From NCBI RefSeq assembly GCF_963921235.1, contig NC_086097.1, positions 222,768,001 through 222,832,000 of the forward strand: 64,000 bases of DNA, written 5' to 3'. Positions 13,523-26,300 of this stretch are shown here, in pieces; positions within the stretch are counted from its first letter, which is position 1, and each line of letters starts with the position of its first letter. The notes beneath the pieces are model-generated. The model was not told the DNA's origin and ran no database searches. It saw nothing but the letters and a program-made list of their open reading frames with translations. Position numbers and translations under genes: made by a program. Source of the DNA: Mobula hypostoma. Taxonomy: Eukaryota.

Positions 13523-14919
13523 GAACTAGTAGCATCAAAAATTCCATAGTTGGTACCCACCATTGCGGTGAAGGGATGGATTGGTGATCTTTATAGCTTT
13601 TTATTTAATATATGCCAGGTGGAGACCAACCCATTTTGCCTCTGCATCGTTAAGTTTGAAGAAGTCCATATTCTTGTGGTAAACCTTGAAGACAACTTTG
13701 ATGCATTTGTCAGATCACTAAAATTTACCATCTATTTGAGCACATAATTCTGTCTGTGTATACATAAATCACTTTGCTTTTTGTGGTGAGGTGCCTTCCT
13801 TGTGAAGTATGAAGACTGCAGATAACTGCACGCTTGACAATGCATTCTGTTGTGTGTAGTAGATTATGAGGGAAGCTTTGCTACATTTCGAGCATTCCAG
13901 GTCTGCCCGGTGTCAACATTAACACCTCTATTCTACCTGTATGTTACTGAGAACAATCAAAGCAGAACAAATATGGAAGTTGAGTAAGCAGCAAGTAAAT
14001 GGGGAGTAACTTGTACATGTTGTTTGAACTTGGAGCATTCAGACCTTTACATGAGTGTCAGTTGGCCAACTTTGTGAACTGCATTTCCTATTTGATCTTG
14101 TAAAGTAAGAGTTAAAATGTAAAATTCATATCTATTACAATTAAGTGTTATTGCATTACCAGCATGTACACACACTGTGGAAATTCAATAATATATTCTA
14201 AAAAAAATACATTGTATGTGATAAAATTTATAAGGAATATCACTATGTCATTGTAACTAATTTGCTGTTCTCACCCATGTACTTTTATTCAATTGCATTT
14301 GTTCTACAATCACAATTTAAATCCTAATGTCAATACTTTTGGGGGCGGGGGGGGTGCACGGTCTTGCCTCTGCTTGTTGGACAGGTTTTAAAGCTTTTCA
14401 AATCTGATTTGGAGGAACATGTAGCCTAGACAGTAGTCTCTGGCTGTGTGTAACCAGCTCAGATTAAACTGGGGGTGGCTACTCAAAGGGCTAGAAGAGC
14501 CTTTTCTGCACTGCATCAAATAAATAAATAAATTTCCTAATTGGAAGAAAAACTATGCCCACTTCTACAAAAAAAAATGACATTCGCAATGGCTGAAAGA
14601 TGAAAATTTGGAGTTTGCTAATACTTGGGAACTAAATCCAGGGTGATTTTCAACATTATGCATATCCCATATTGGGATTTAGATGTTATTTGTAGTATTG
14701 TCTATATATTGTAAGGTAAGTTCCCTACTTTTACAAGACCAGTGTGTACCCTGCAGTTATTTTGTCCATGTATTAAGATAGTCATCTCCCTTCAGATGGT
14801 GACAGCCATTACATGAATTAGCCAATAGCTTAAAGGGGGAAAATCTCCTTTAAAATTTTGATTTCATAAAAATACTCTGGTACCTATGTGTGTATTATTT
14901 CCAATATGTAAAGTATGTG

Positions 14920-14925
14920 AATAAA
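14920..14925 (+). terminator. Candidate TERF1 polyadenylation signal
   Basis: AATAAA about 1.4 kb after the stop, followed by a GT/T-rich tract (gtagtgtttgtctctt). Confidence 0.5.
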
Positions 14926-15554
14926 CTTTATTTGTCAATGATATCAAAATGTAGTGTTTGTCTCTTATTACAGCACATTTCAGTATTTATGTTTATATCT
15001 GAAATTTTAAATGTTTGCTTAAAGTGGGGATGAGGCCAGAGAATACTGATGAGAGGTGGAAACAGCAGCAATGGGAAAAGGACAATTTAACTTACAAAAA
15101 CGAGTAGAATTGAAGTTGACGGTGAGAAATGTCTATGAACAAACTTTTTGATTTTTTTTTTGTAAGCAATGGATCAAGCATGTTGTGCTAAATGTTTACA
15201 AGTTATTTATTAGGCCTGACTAGAGTAATTTGTGAATATTTAGGCACTGCACTTCAATAATATCTATCATGGAAAATTAAGGAAATAGTTTTAAATTTGT
15301 CCTGCCACCTAATAGGGTGAAAATAGGATACCATATAACTTTGGGTGTTACAGAAACAACAGTATTAGTTATCAAGTACCCAGATTATATACTTACAAAA
15401 GAACAAGGACAGAGAGAAGTGATGACATTGTCAATCATAGTACTGCTCTGATACCTTCTAAGTTGTGATATAAAGGCAATGGATAGGGCTGAAATCATGA
15501 ACGGCAGGGGAAAGAAGATATGGATGGATAAATGGTATGGATTGCAGGGATAGC

Positions 15555-15890
15555 CAGAAACTTAGTCAGGGCAGAAATGGCTAATCCGAGAGCATAATTT
15601 TAAGGTGATTGGTGGAATGCATGGCGGGGGGGGGGGGTGGCGGTGATACCAAAAGTAAGTTTCTTTTTTACACAAAGTGGCAAGTGCATGGAGCAATCTG
15701 CTTCAGATGGTGGCAGATGCAGATTCATTAGGGGCACAAGAAATTCCTAGGCATATGGATGACAGAAAAAAAAGTTAGGGTTACGTAGGAGGGAAGGGTT
15801 ACATTGATCTTTCGAGTAAGTTAAACGATCAGCATAACATCAAGGGCCAAAGGGCCTTTACTGTGCTGTCATCTTTAATATTCTATGTAG
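15555..15890 (+). mobile_element. Decayed CR1 3' end
   Basis: Same 3' UTR family as 1-310. Confidence 0.6.
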
Positions 15891-18147
15891 TCAGTATACT
15901 CCAAAGTGTGATGCCTCAGCAGCTCAGAGCATTAATGGAGAGCTATGTTTGAAGGCAACTTTAATTATCATGAGAGATAGGGTAGACAAGAGCCAAGGCA
16001 AGAGGATTGGGAATTTTTAGAATCTACCAGCAAAAGATTTAATAAGTTTATAAGAAGGATGAAAGTTAATTTTGGGAGAAAACTTGCATAGAAGTACAAG
16101 TTATTAGATACATAAATAGGAAGAGGGCTGGTGAGATAAATTTTAGGCCTCTATACATCAACGCTGGTGAAATAAGAACAGTAAACAAAGAAATGACAGA
16201 TAGGTGAAATATGTTGCGTAAGTGTTCATGGTGAAAGTCACAGCAATACAGCACGGATATAGGCCTGGTGGCTCAATGCATCCACAGTGACCATATTGTC
16301 CACGAGCTAGTTCTAATTTCCTGCGTTCATCCCATATATTCCTCCAGGCTCCTCCTCTCCATGTATCTTTTCAAGTGCTTCTTAAATGACAATATTGTAC
16401 CTGCCTCAACCACTCCGTCTGATGGCTCATTCTGTAGTAGAAAAAGTTGTCCCTCAAGTTCCTTTTAATTTTTTCCCCTTCTACTCTAAATCTGTGCCCC
16501 CCTCCCCCAAATAAAGAGACCATTAGCTTTATTCTTGGTCATTACTCAATATTCTGATTTGTAATAACTACTGCTACCCCAGTTCTCAATTATCCATCCA
16601 TCAGATAAATCAGGTAAATAAAATGAGTCCATATCTCACCTTCAATAGATGCAACAATGTTTTTAACAGTTATTTGCAAAGTTTAGCTGGTATATTTCCA
16701 TGATGACAAATGTACATTATAATTATATTTTGTGCAATGCCAAATTGAAAAAGATGTCATTTCAGTGTCAAAAACATACTCATGCATGAAGCTTGTGAGT
16801 TTCTACTTTAAAGGTTATTAGCAATATTTAGATGCATTCTCTCATTATACACATTTCCAACAACAGTAAACCTGCACAGTTTTGTAGTTGTTTATTACTA
16901 ATGTCCATATTTTAATAATTGATAAGAATTAGGAAAAACATTCTGGTTTTCTTCCACCATTAGAATGCCTATTTTTTGATTTTCCCTAAATTTTAATAAT
17001 CCTTTGTTGCAGATGTAAACTTCTCCATAACCAATTCTTAAAATGAACTTCATTTTAAATTTGCCATAAAACTTACACACACTTATTAGTTGACATCATT
17101 CTATCTATGAGTGGATGTGCACTTTTCAGATTTTGCTGAGGTCATACCACACACTGGATTTCTGCTTCCATAAAGATAGTCAGTCATGAGTGCTACAAAT
17201 ACAAATGTCATTGGCCGATGCTGCATGGTGATCTAGAGCTCTCTGGCAGGTCGTATGATCCGGATGTCTAATATGAAAATACTGAAACCATGGATGGCCA
17301 AGATGGCTTATGTCATCAACTACTGGTTCTCAGTGGCTATCGACAATCTGGAATACCTTATGTCCATGGAAGACCCAATGTAAGAGTGCCCTTTTACTAG
17401 CACTCTTAAATGCTGTTATGAATTGATACTGGGCTAAAATCCCAAAACACACATTTGACTTTGTCCTTATAAAAATGCACTGACTTGCCTGAAGAATTAG
17501 CACAATTGTTTTCCTATTTATTTGCACCTTGGCCAAATAAAGCCAGTCCAGATGCAATGCAGAATTCACAATAACAAATCCACAGAATTTGCTTAGGACC
17601 CCACCGACCATGCCCCCCATCATTTCTGCAATCTACACTCTGATGTTATGGCATCCTAAGTAAGATGTTTAAGTCACTGTCAAAGTGTTGCACTGAAGTG
17701 TTTAAGATATTCTTCTATCTAATCTATCTGAGCTTTTTTTAAATCTAATTGGCCAGAATATGATTTAGTCCTGAAAAGACAAATCACTTAATGTGTTCGT
17801 AGTGATTAGAATTAATTCTAAACTGGAGAAAATTATGCTACTAATTTTTAAATAAGCCCCTAAAAATACAACCATATTGTGGGAGATGGTCACAAAGAAC
17901 TTCAAGTTTTGAATCTAAGTATGTATGATAACCTTCACAAATGATCACCAACCGTGTTTTCAGAACATTAACAATTCAAACTAATATTTTTAAAGACCTT
18001 AATTCACATTCAGAATGATGCAATCCTGTTTGACGATAATATTTGTGAAATGTGATCTTCAAAGTAAAATGATGTTTTTTCCGATGTACAGTAAACATAA
18101 TCATAAATTGATAACCTTGTGCAGAATGTTTCTAAAATAATAATTAC

Positions 18148-18265
18148 TCAAATAAAAATAAAACTGTGGACACCAGGGCATGAGCACTGCAGTCCCCCAT
18201 TCACTCTTTTCCACGTTCCTCTGCACCGAGAATTACCCACTGCTTGCCACTGTGATATACGAGTC
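18148..18265 (-). CDS. SBSPON: SBSPON exon 5 (C-terminus and stop)
   Basis: TRISQWQAVGNSRCRGTWKRVNGGLQCSCPGVHSFIFI*, the typical SBSPON C-terminus. Acceptor tttttggcag. Confidence 0.92.
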
Positions 18266-18499
18266 CTGCCAAAAATACAAATACAACAGACAAAAATCTT
18301 ACAAATGTATGTAGCAAACTGTAGAAATAGAAATACAGATGTAATATGGCTGCCTTTTATGCCAATGAAGGCCAATAAAGCATTCCTAATGTTGAATATC
18401 ACAACCTCACTTGTTATGGGTGTGGTCTCACTGTCCCAGAGTTCATCTTGTAGTGAAGCATGGCTGCCATTCATGCTATTGGGTTTCACTTTGTAGAAA

Positions 18500-18815
18500 G
18501 TACACTTACAGCAGCAGTGTGTAAAAAGGGCCCAGAGGATCATCAGGTATTCCAACCAACCCAACCACAAACTGTTTCAGCTGCTACAGTCTGACAAATG
18601 TTACCACAGCATTAAGTCCAGGACCAACAGGCTCTGGGACAGCTTCTTTCACCAGGCCATCAGATTTATCAATACACAGTGATCTGATTGTGTATCTGAC
18701 TGTATATATATTGGGCAATATTCTCCCACATTTCCCTTCTTTATTGCTTGCACATTATGACAGAGACTCAACATAAAGATTTTTACTCCCTTGGATGTAA
18801 GAAATAAAATAAATG
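18500..18815 (+). mobile_element. Rex/L2-type 3' fragment
   Basis: Similar to 6600-6900 (ccaggaccaacaggctc...cttc; gtaagaaataaa). Confidence 0.65.
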
Positions 18816-18817
18816 TA

Positions 18818-19382
18818 TGTAACCCTCAGGTTTGGCCAACTCTTGTCAATCTAGAGGAGGACAGCCTCCGGCCTGGCCAAACTTGAGAAATCTTGTTTGG
18901 GTGGATGCTACATGATGTGTTCCCCTGTTACAAATCAGTACCATGAAATAACAAACAATATACAATATGCAATTAAGCGATTGAGCTTTATAATTCTTAA
19001 TTTGACTATAGGGTTAGCAAAGAAAACAAAAAGAAAAAGGGCCAATTTTAATGAAACAGTCTAATGCATATGTTGGAACTCATTGATTTCCCATCTGGTC
19101 ATTCTTCATCGATTTTCCCCGGGCATTGTCGACTCCCGACCCCATTCCAAGTCTGCTCAGTCCTGCAGTCTACGGCTTCCCCATTCTGGCATCTTCTCTC
19201 TCCATCTTCTGAACCCAAAAGCCTGTGAATTCCCTTCTCTTGGGTACATAAGAAAGAAAATACACCTCCACTCATTGGCCAGCACACATTCTAAAGCCCC
19301 CGTTATCTCTAGACATAACTCAAACACTGCAGCTACAGAGAAATCATTACATTAGCAGTGAACCCTTTCCCAGAGCGTTACA
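18818..19382. mobile_element. Solo LTR (TGTAAC...GTTACA)
   Basis: Inverted TG...CA termini, about 565 bp. The TSD is not clean. Confidence 0.55.
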
Positions 19383-20873
19383 TAAATACAACGGTAATTT
19401 TTTAAATCTGGGTTGACTCTTAATTTGCTTAGTTTGTAGAAGCTTGCAGAACAGATGTTAGTATCATTTGGTATATCAATAACTGATGTTATAGCTGAAG
19501 GGTTTATGTACTCATGGAAGTAGGTTTCACAGTATTTATAGTCTTAGTTGAGGTCTATGTCTCCAAAAAATGCTTTTAGTCCATTTGTGCTAAAACAATA
19601 TCTGAGGAAATAGCATATGTGTGTGAACTCACTCAAGTGATAGAAAAAGGATATAAATATAGAGAACAGTTCTGGCTTATTAGGAATGGGGTAAAGAACA
19701 TCAAGAACATGAGAGAAACATGGACGAATTAAAATCCATGCTTCCAGCTTCAGTTTCTGTGACAAACGATTTATTTGTCTGCATCATGGTATATCTTTTT
19801 AGTTTATAGGAATTTTATCTGTGTTTTGGAAATGTTTTATTCTTTGTCATTTATGTTTAAGAAATGCATTGTGTTTTTCAAATGTTTTGTGTTTTAGAAA
19901 CGGTTTGTGATTTGGGAATGTTTAAGGTATAAGTCTTCTGAGTTTTAAGAGTGGTGTATGGATTTAAATGTGTATCACTGAAAATAAATGAACTATGTTT
20001 AGCTACTTTGGTAGCTGGAAGTATCTTCTGCTTGGTAGGGAGAGGGGACTCACTGCTCAAATAGTGGGTATTGGCAGCTAAACTCTCTGTGGAGAATATA
20101 AGAGAATAAAAGATTGGGTAGTTACAGTATAATCTCCATTAGTGAGAATACTCATGGCTATTTATTTCTGATAGGGCTTAAGGTCTTTGTCTGAGTTTAG
20201 AACTTTGCAGTCAGCAAACCCAATGTCATCACACACTCAAATGAAAATAAACAGGATATTTTGGAAACAGCGGGTTAGGCAGCATTTGCAGAAAGAAACG
20301 TGGTGCTCGTGCTCAGATGAAAGATCTCCAACCCGAAACATTAACCCTGTTTCTATTTCTACACAGGCTGCTTCACCTGCTGAGTGTTTGAAACATTTTC
20401 TGTTTTTTTAATTTTAGTTTTCCAACATCTGCAGTTTTTAAAATTTTTATTGAACAGGAAATATTGGAAATGTACATCATGCTTTATTAGCATCTGTAAA
20501 GAATATCTGAAACATTCATAGGGTTTAAGTATTGTTTGCATAATATACCAACACAAATTCAGATCATTTAAATATTTTACAACTTACTACGCAATTGATT
20601 TGCCATCTAAAGTAAATTTAACTAAACAATCATTGAGTTTAAATTGATCAGGATTTAGCTAATGAGATTATTGAATTACTATGAACACCTCAAAAGGACA
20701 ATACTCTCAAGTATTCATGGTAGATCAATGATCTAACTAGTTAAATCCAAATAAATTTAAGCTTCTGAAGTCATTTGAAACTGAAATCAATTTACTAGTG
20801 ACAAAACCCATAATGTAGCAAATAATTACATTTTGCAAAATTGGCCTGCATTTCAAGCACAATATAGCATATT

Positions 20874-22310
20874 ATGGAATTGAAAAACTTACTGATTTAA
20901 TCAATGACATTTATGAGACTGGAATAATACCAAAAGAGATGGAAAAAAACAGTATTTATCACTCTTCCTAAGAAACCTGGAGCAATAGAATGTGAATTAC
21001 ATAGGACCATAAGATTAATGAGTCATATCACCAAGATACTTCTAAGAATTTTGTTGACAAGAGCTAAAAGTAAGATACAAGCTGAGATAGGTAAATAACA
21101 ATGTGGTTTTGTGAAAGACGAAGGTACAAGAAACGCAATATTGATGTTAAGGAGGCTATCAGAATGAGCTATTCAAGTGCAAAAAGATTTGTTTGTTTAT
21201 TTTATCGACTACACAAAAGCATTTGATAAAGTGAAGCACAATAAGTTATTCGAAATATTACAGGAAACTCTAGATCTAGATTCGAAAGACCTCCGCCTAA
21301 TCAGAAATCTGTATTGGGAACAAACTACCGCTGTAAGAACTGGTGGAGAAGTATCACTTTACGAAAATCAAGAGAGGCATTAGACAAGGGTGTGTTTTCT
21401 CCCCTGATTTGTTTAATGTGTATAGTGAAACAATATTACAAAAAATAAGAGACATCTTGGGAATCAAAGTTGGCGGTGAAAACATCAGTAATTTCAGATA
21501 TGCAGATGACACTGTGTTAATTGCAAGTGCAGAGGAAGAACTATAAAACTTAATTGATATAGTTGTTGAAGAAAGTGCAAAAATGGGTCTATCTATCAAT
21601 TGCAAAAAGACAGAATGTACGGTAATATCCAAAAAGAAGGAGAATCCTATCTGCAGGCCGAGAATAAATGGGGAAGACATAAAACAAGTACAGAACTTTT
21701 GCTACTTAGGAAGCTGGGTGACATCAGATGGCAGGTGCGACTTGGACATCAAAAGAAGAATAGGGATGGCAAAAGACACTTTTATGAGAATGAAGAGTGT
21801 ACTGACCAATACTAAACTAGGCATGACAACCCGCCTCAGAGTACTGAAATGTTACATTTATCCAGTTATGTTATATGGCTCAGAATGTTGGACAATATCT
21901 AGTAACATGAGGAAACGAATTGAAGCAGCAGAGATATGGTTTTTGAGGAGGATGCAAAGAATATCATGGATGAAACGAATATCTAATGAGGATGTCATGA
22001 ACAGAGCAAACACAAAAAGAGAAATAACGTATGAGATCATGAAAAGGCAACGTGACTTCATTGGACATGGGATTAGGAAAGAGGAGTTAGAATGCACAGT
22101 AATTATGGGAAAGATTGAAGGAAAGAAAGCAAGAGGAAGACAAAGACAAATGATGATGGAGACAGCAGCCAGAGAACTGGAAATGAATACCAATGAATTG
22201 ATCCACTTGACCCGAAACAGGAGTGTGTGGGCCATGGCAGTCAAAGCTCAAACTGGGCACGGCACCTGATGACGATGATGATGATGACGATGATGATGAT
22301 GATGATGATG
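20874..22310 (+). mobile_element. 5'-truncated RTE-clade (BovB-like) LINE with (GAT)n tail
   Basis: FIDYTKAFDKV, GIRQGCVFSPDLFN, NFRYADD, LYGSECWT motifs. Tail at 22267-22310. TSD ATAGCATATT (20864-20873) / ACAGCATATT (22311-22320). A few stops and frameshifts. Confidence 0.9.
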
Positions 22311-22499
22311 ACAGCATATTGAGTTGTGCTGAAGAAAGGTCTCAGCCTAAAACACGACTGTTTCTTTCTCTCCATAAGAGCTGCTTGACCTGCTGAGTTC
22401 CTCCAGCATGTTGTGTGTATTGCATTGGATTTCCAGTCTTCTCGTGTTTGTAGCATATTGAATTGTGCCATTTTATACTGCAATGGTAAACAACTTTCT

Positions 22500-23405
22500 T
22501 GTGGTACAGTTAAGAAACTACAAGTGTAAAACGACCCTGTAGGGAGTTATATAAAGGCTTCCAAATAGTAGCCATGATGTGGGGTGCAAACTACAACGGC
22601 AGAAAGAAAAAGCATGTAAAAAGGGCAGTGTTGTGATTGTCATAGGGGATTTCATTATGCAGGTAGATTGGGAAAATCAGGTTGGTGCTGGATTCCAAGA
22701 GAAGAAATTTGTAGAATCCCTACAAAATAGCTTTTTAGAGCAGCTGCTGGTTGTGCACACTAGAGAAAAAGCAATTTTTGATTTGGTGTTGTGTAATGAA
22801 CCAGATTTAATAAGAATTTTGCGTTAGTTTTCACTGTGGATGACACAAGCAGTATGTGTCGGGGGCAGAGGTCAGTGTCATTGTTAACAAAGGAGAAGGC
22901 GCTTGGGAAGCCGGAAGGTCTGAAGATAGATAAGTCACCTGGACTGGATGGACTACACGCCAGAGTTTTGAAAGAGGTAGCTGAAGAGATTGTGGAGGCA
23001 TTAGTAAGATCTTTCAAGAGTCACTAGATTCTGGAATGGTTCCTGAGGACTGGAAAATTGCAAATGTCACTCCAGTCTTTTAGAAGGCAGAAGAAAAGAA
23101 ATTATAGGCCAGTTAGCTTAACATCACTGATCGGGAAGAGGTTGGAGTCCATTATTAAACATGACATTTCAGAGTCCTTGGAGGCACGTGACAAACCAAG
23201 CCAATGTCAGCATGGTTTCCTCTAGAAGATTTGCTTGATAAATCTATCTGAATTCTGTGAGGAAATAACAGGCATGATCAATAAAGGAGAGTCAGTAAAT
23301 GTTGTTTACTTGGATTTTCAGAAGACTTTTAACAAGATGTCACACATGAGGCTGCTTAACCAGATAAGAGCCCATGGTATTACCGGAAAAATACCAGCAT
23401 GGATA
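22500..23405 (+). mobile_element. Internally deleted, decayed CR1 ORF2
   Basis: IGDF...DWENQ, KSPGLDGLHARVLKEVAEEI and VYLDFQK motifs with large deletions. Confidence 0.8.
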
Positions 23406-23414
23406 AAATCACAA

Positions 23415-23750
23415 ACAAAAGAAAATTTGCAAATGCTGGAAATCAAGGTAACACACACAAAATGCTGGAGGAACTCAGCAGGCCAGGCAGCATCTGTGGA
23501 AAAGAGTAAATAGTCGACATTTCAGGCCAGGACTGGAAAAAGAGATGAGAAGTCAGAGTAAGAAGTGGGGGAGGGGAGGAAGAAGTACAAGGTGGTAGGT
23601 GATAGGTGAAACCGGGAGACGGGGAGGTATGAAATGAAGAACTGGAAATCCGATTGGTGAAAGAGATAAAAGGGGGAATCTGATAGAAGAGGACAGGGAG
23701 GAGTGGGGGAATTACTGGATGTTCGAAAAATCAATGGTCATGCCATCAGG
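23415..23750 (-). mobile_element. Penelope-like element terminal fragment
   Basis: acacacaaaatgctggaggaactcagcagg motif plus a purine-rich region, as at 31360 and 42150. Confidence 0.6.
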
Positions 23751-24056
23751 GCAATCCTTGCTTCATCACAAAGTGCAAAGCTAATGGAGACTTATCCAAA
23801 AAGACTACTGGCTGTAACCACTGCAAGAGGTGGGTCAACTATGTACTGAGCAAAGGAGGATGAATACTTTTGAACTGCTGACACTGAAATTCTAATTTTC
23901 ATGCTTCACTATTTTCCCTGTTTTTGGCTCTCCTGTGGAAAAAAAGAGCATGTGATTCACAAATAATAATTCTCAGTTAAATTGATCAAAATCCCTGGTT
24001 TAATACTTATTTATGTGAACAAAGGGTTATGGACTGAATAATTTTACAAGGCACTG
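23750..24056 (+). mobile_element. Tc1-like transposon 3' fragment (same family as 11390-12777)
   Basis: ETYPKRLLAV...RGGSTMY* C-terminus and TIR ending acaaggcactg|ta. Confidence 0.75.
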
Positions 24057-24612
24057 TACGTTACTTTAAATAAATGTAATAGTTTCAATTTTTCATATTT
24101 AAGTGATATTTTAAAAGTTTTAAAATTTTAATCTTTCAATTTTCAATCTCATAGGTCATCGTTTTTACTTTTTCAATGTTTACTAATTTTGGAGATAACC
24201 ACAGAAAAGAAAAAGTATTTGATCATTTTTGACAGGATGCAAGCCTGGAAGATATGGTTTTCAAAGCCTTTCTGAATTTTTCTATAGGAAACTATGAAGA
24301 GGCTTACCAATTAAGTAGTTTCACTGATAGGTACAGTGAGGAAAGTGTTGTGTGTGGAGCATACCATGCATAAGGTATGATCTTAGAAAAAGTGTATATT
24401 ATATAGCAAATGTCCTAACTTATCCACTGTTTCTGATTTGTCTTTTATAATTATGTCCAACAAATCTAATCAATTCAAAATTGGTAATGGGTGATTTTGT
24501 TCAATAATAGAAAAGAATTATAAACTGCAAAACAATAAGTATTATTTTTAAAATTAATGTACTCTACTATACTTAATGTTCATATAACAAAATTGAATGA
24601 GTTTATAATTAC

Positions 24613-24789
24613 CCATTAATAGTTGCCTCATCACCATGACAACGGTGGTTGTGTGAATTCAGGGCTGGTGGCTGACATGTTACACAAACAGTGTAACCTT
24701 CTCGGAGATACTGCATCCACCTGGCGAATGGACGATTCTCTACAGTGCAGTGGAAGGACAGCGACTCAATCACAAACTCCGCACAATAT
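24613..24789 (-). CDS. SBSPON: SBSPON exon 4
   Basis: YCAEFVIESLSFHCTVENRPFARWMQYLREGYTVCVTCQPPALNSHNHRCHGD. Acceptor atcag, donor GTAATT. 177 nt. Confidence 0.92.
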
Positions 24790-25319
24790 CTGATTGATAA
24801 CATAAGAATTAGGAAATTACAAACACGGGTAAATTTAACCTGGAGCCTGTCTGGTATTCATTGAGATGGTGGCTGATCTACATCCAAACTCCATGCACTG
24901 AGCCCTGCACCATATCCCTTCACGTTCTCGGCTATGTCCAAAAAACTGGTTCTCAGAAGATTATTGATTGACCTGGTACTTACTGTACATTTTGGAAGAG
25001 TGTTCTACGGTTGTCCATTTCTATTAAGAAGTCTTTTCTAACTTTTCCCTGAATGGTCTGGATCTGAGTTTGTTTCCAGCCTCTCACTGATTAGGTTATA
25101 ATCAAAGTATTCCTCATGCACTCTAGTAATTCCTCCCAAAGCACCGAAGAAAATCTAAACAGATTACCTCTTAGTTTTCTACAATGCATTGAAGCCCAGG
25201 TTACAAGTGCTCATAATCTAACATTTAAAGACTTGCTAAAATTCTTGTAGATCTGTAGTGAAGTTGTTCCATGGCCAATATATCGCAAACAACTCATGTA
25301 ACGTGACCATAGTACATGG

Positions 25320-25745
25320 CAACAGTGGCCATTTTATTAACATAAGGACCTAATCAGTCAATTATGTGGCTGCAACTCAATGCATTAAAGCATGTAGACA
25401 TGGTACAGAGGGTCAGTTGTTGTTCTAACCAAACATCAGAATGGGGAAGAAATATGTTCAGTGTGATTTTAACCATAGAATGATTGTTGGTGTCAGATGG
25501 GGGAAGTGGGGGTTGAGCATCTCAGAAACTGCTAATCTCCTGGGATTTTCATGCACAACAATCTCCAGGATTTACACAGAATGGTGCGAAAAACAAAGAA
25601 ATACAATGAGTGACAGTTCTGTGAGCAAAAAATGTCTTGTTAATGAGGGAGATCAGAAGAGAATGGCCAGACTGGTTCAAGCTGACAGGAAGGCAACAGT
25701 AACTCAAATAACCCCACACGTTACAACAGTGGCGTGCAGAAGAAT
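25320..25745 (+). mobile_element. Second Tc1-family remnant (N-terminal HTH region)
   Basis: Begins cagtggccattttatt. ORF MGKK...RMIVG...LSISETANLLGFSCTTISR...RMARLVQADRKATVTQIT. Confidence 0.75.
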
Positions 25746-25839
25746 TCAAGTTCAAGTTCACCATCAGTTTTTGTCATTCAACCATACACATGTAGACCGC
25801 CAAACGAAAGAATGTTCCTCTGGAAATTCTGTTGCTGCT

Positions 25840-26300
25840 TTAGATAGACTGCGTCTGGAGCATTGCATTCAGTTCTGGTAGCCTGTTGTAGGAAGGATGC
25901 CAAGGCTTTAGAGAGGGTGCCGAAGAGTCTCACTAGGATGCTTCCTGGATTCAAGAGAATATGCCATAACGAGAGGTTTGTCAAACTTGGGTTGTCTTCC
26001 CTGGAGTGGCAGAGGTTGAGGGGAGACCTGATAGAAGTTTATGAGATTAAGGGGCACGGAGATACAGTTGGTATCTTTTCCTCAGGGTCAAAATGCCTAA
26101 TACCAGAGGGCATGCATTTAAGAAGAGAGGGTAATGTTCCAGGAGATGTGCCGGGCAAGTTTTTTTTACACAGAGAGTGGTGGGTGTCTGGAATACTCTC
26201 CCAGGGGTGATAGTGGAGGCAAATACAATAGAGATTCTTAACAAGCTCTCAGACAGGCATATGAATATGCACAGAATTTCAAAATATGGACATTGTGTCA
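25840..26300 (+). mobile_element. Decayed CR1 3' fragment
   Basis: LERV...TRMLPG...RLRGDLIEVY. Confidence 0.75.

Noticed and set aside
18266..18570. Upstream part of the 140-aa minus-strand ORF
   Set aside because: It is intronic and repeat-derived sequence beyond the acceptor at 18266-18267. Only 18148-18265 is SBSPON.
22087..22317. Poly-Ser ORF
   Set aside because: It is the antisense reading of the RTE (GAT)n tail.
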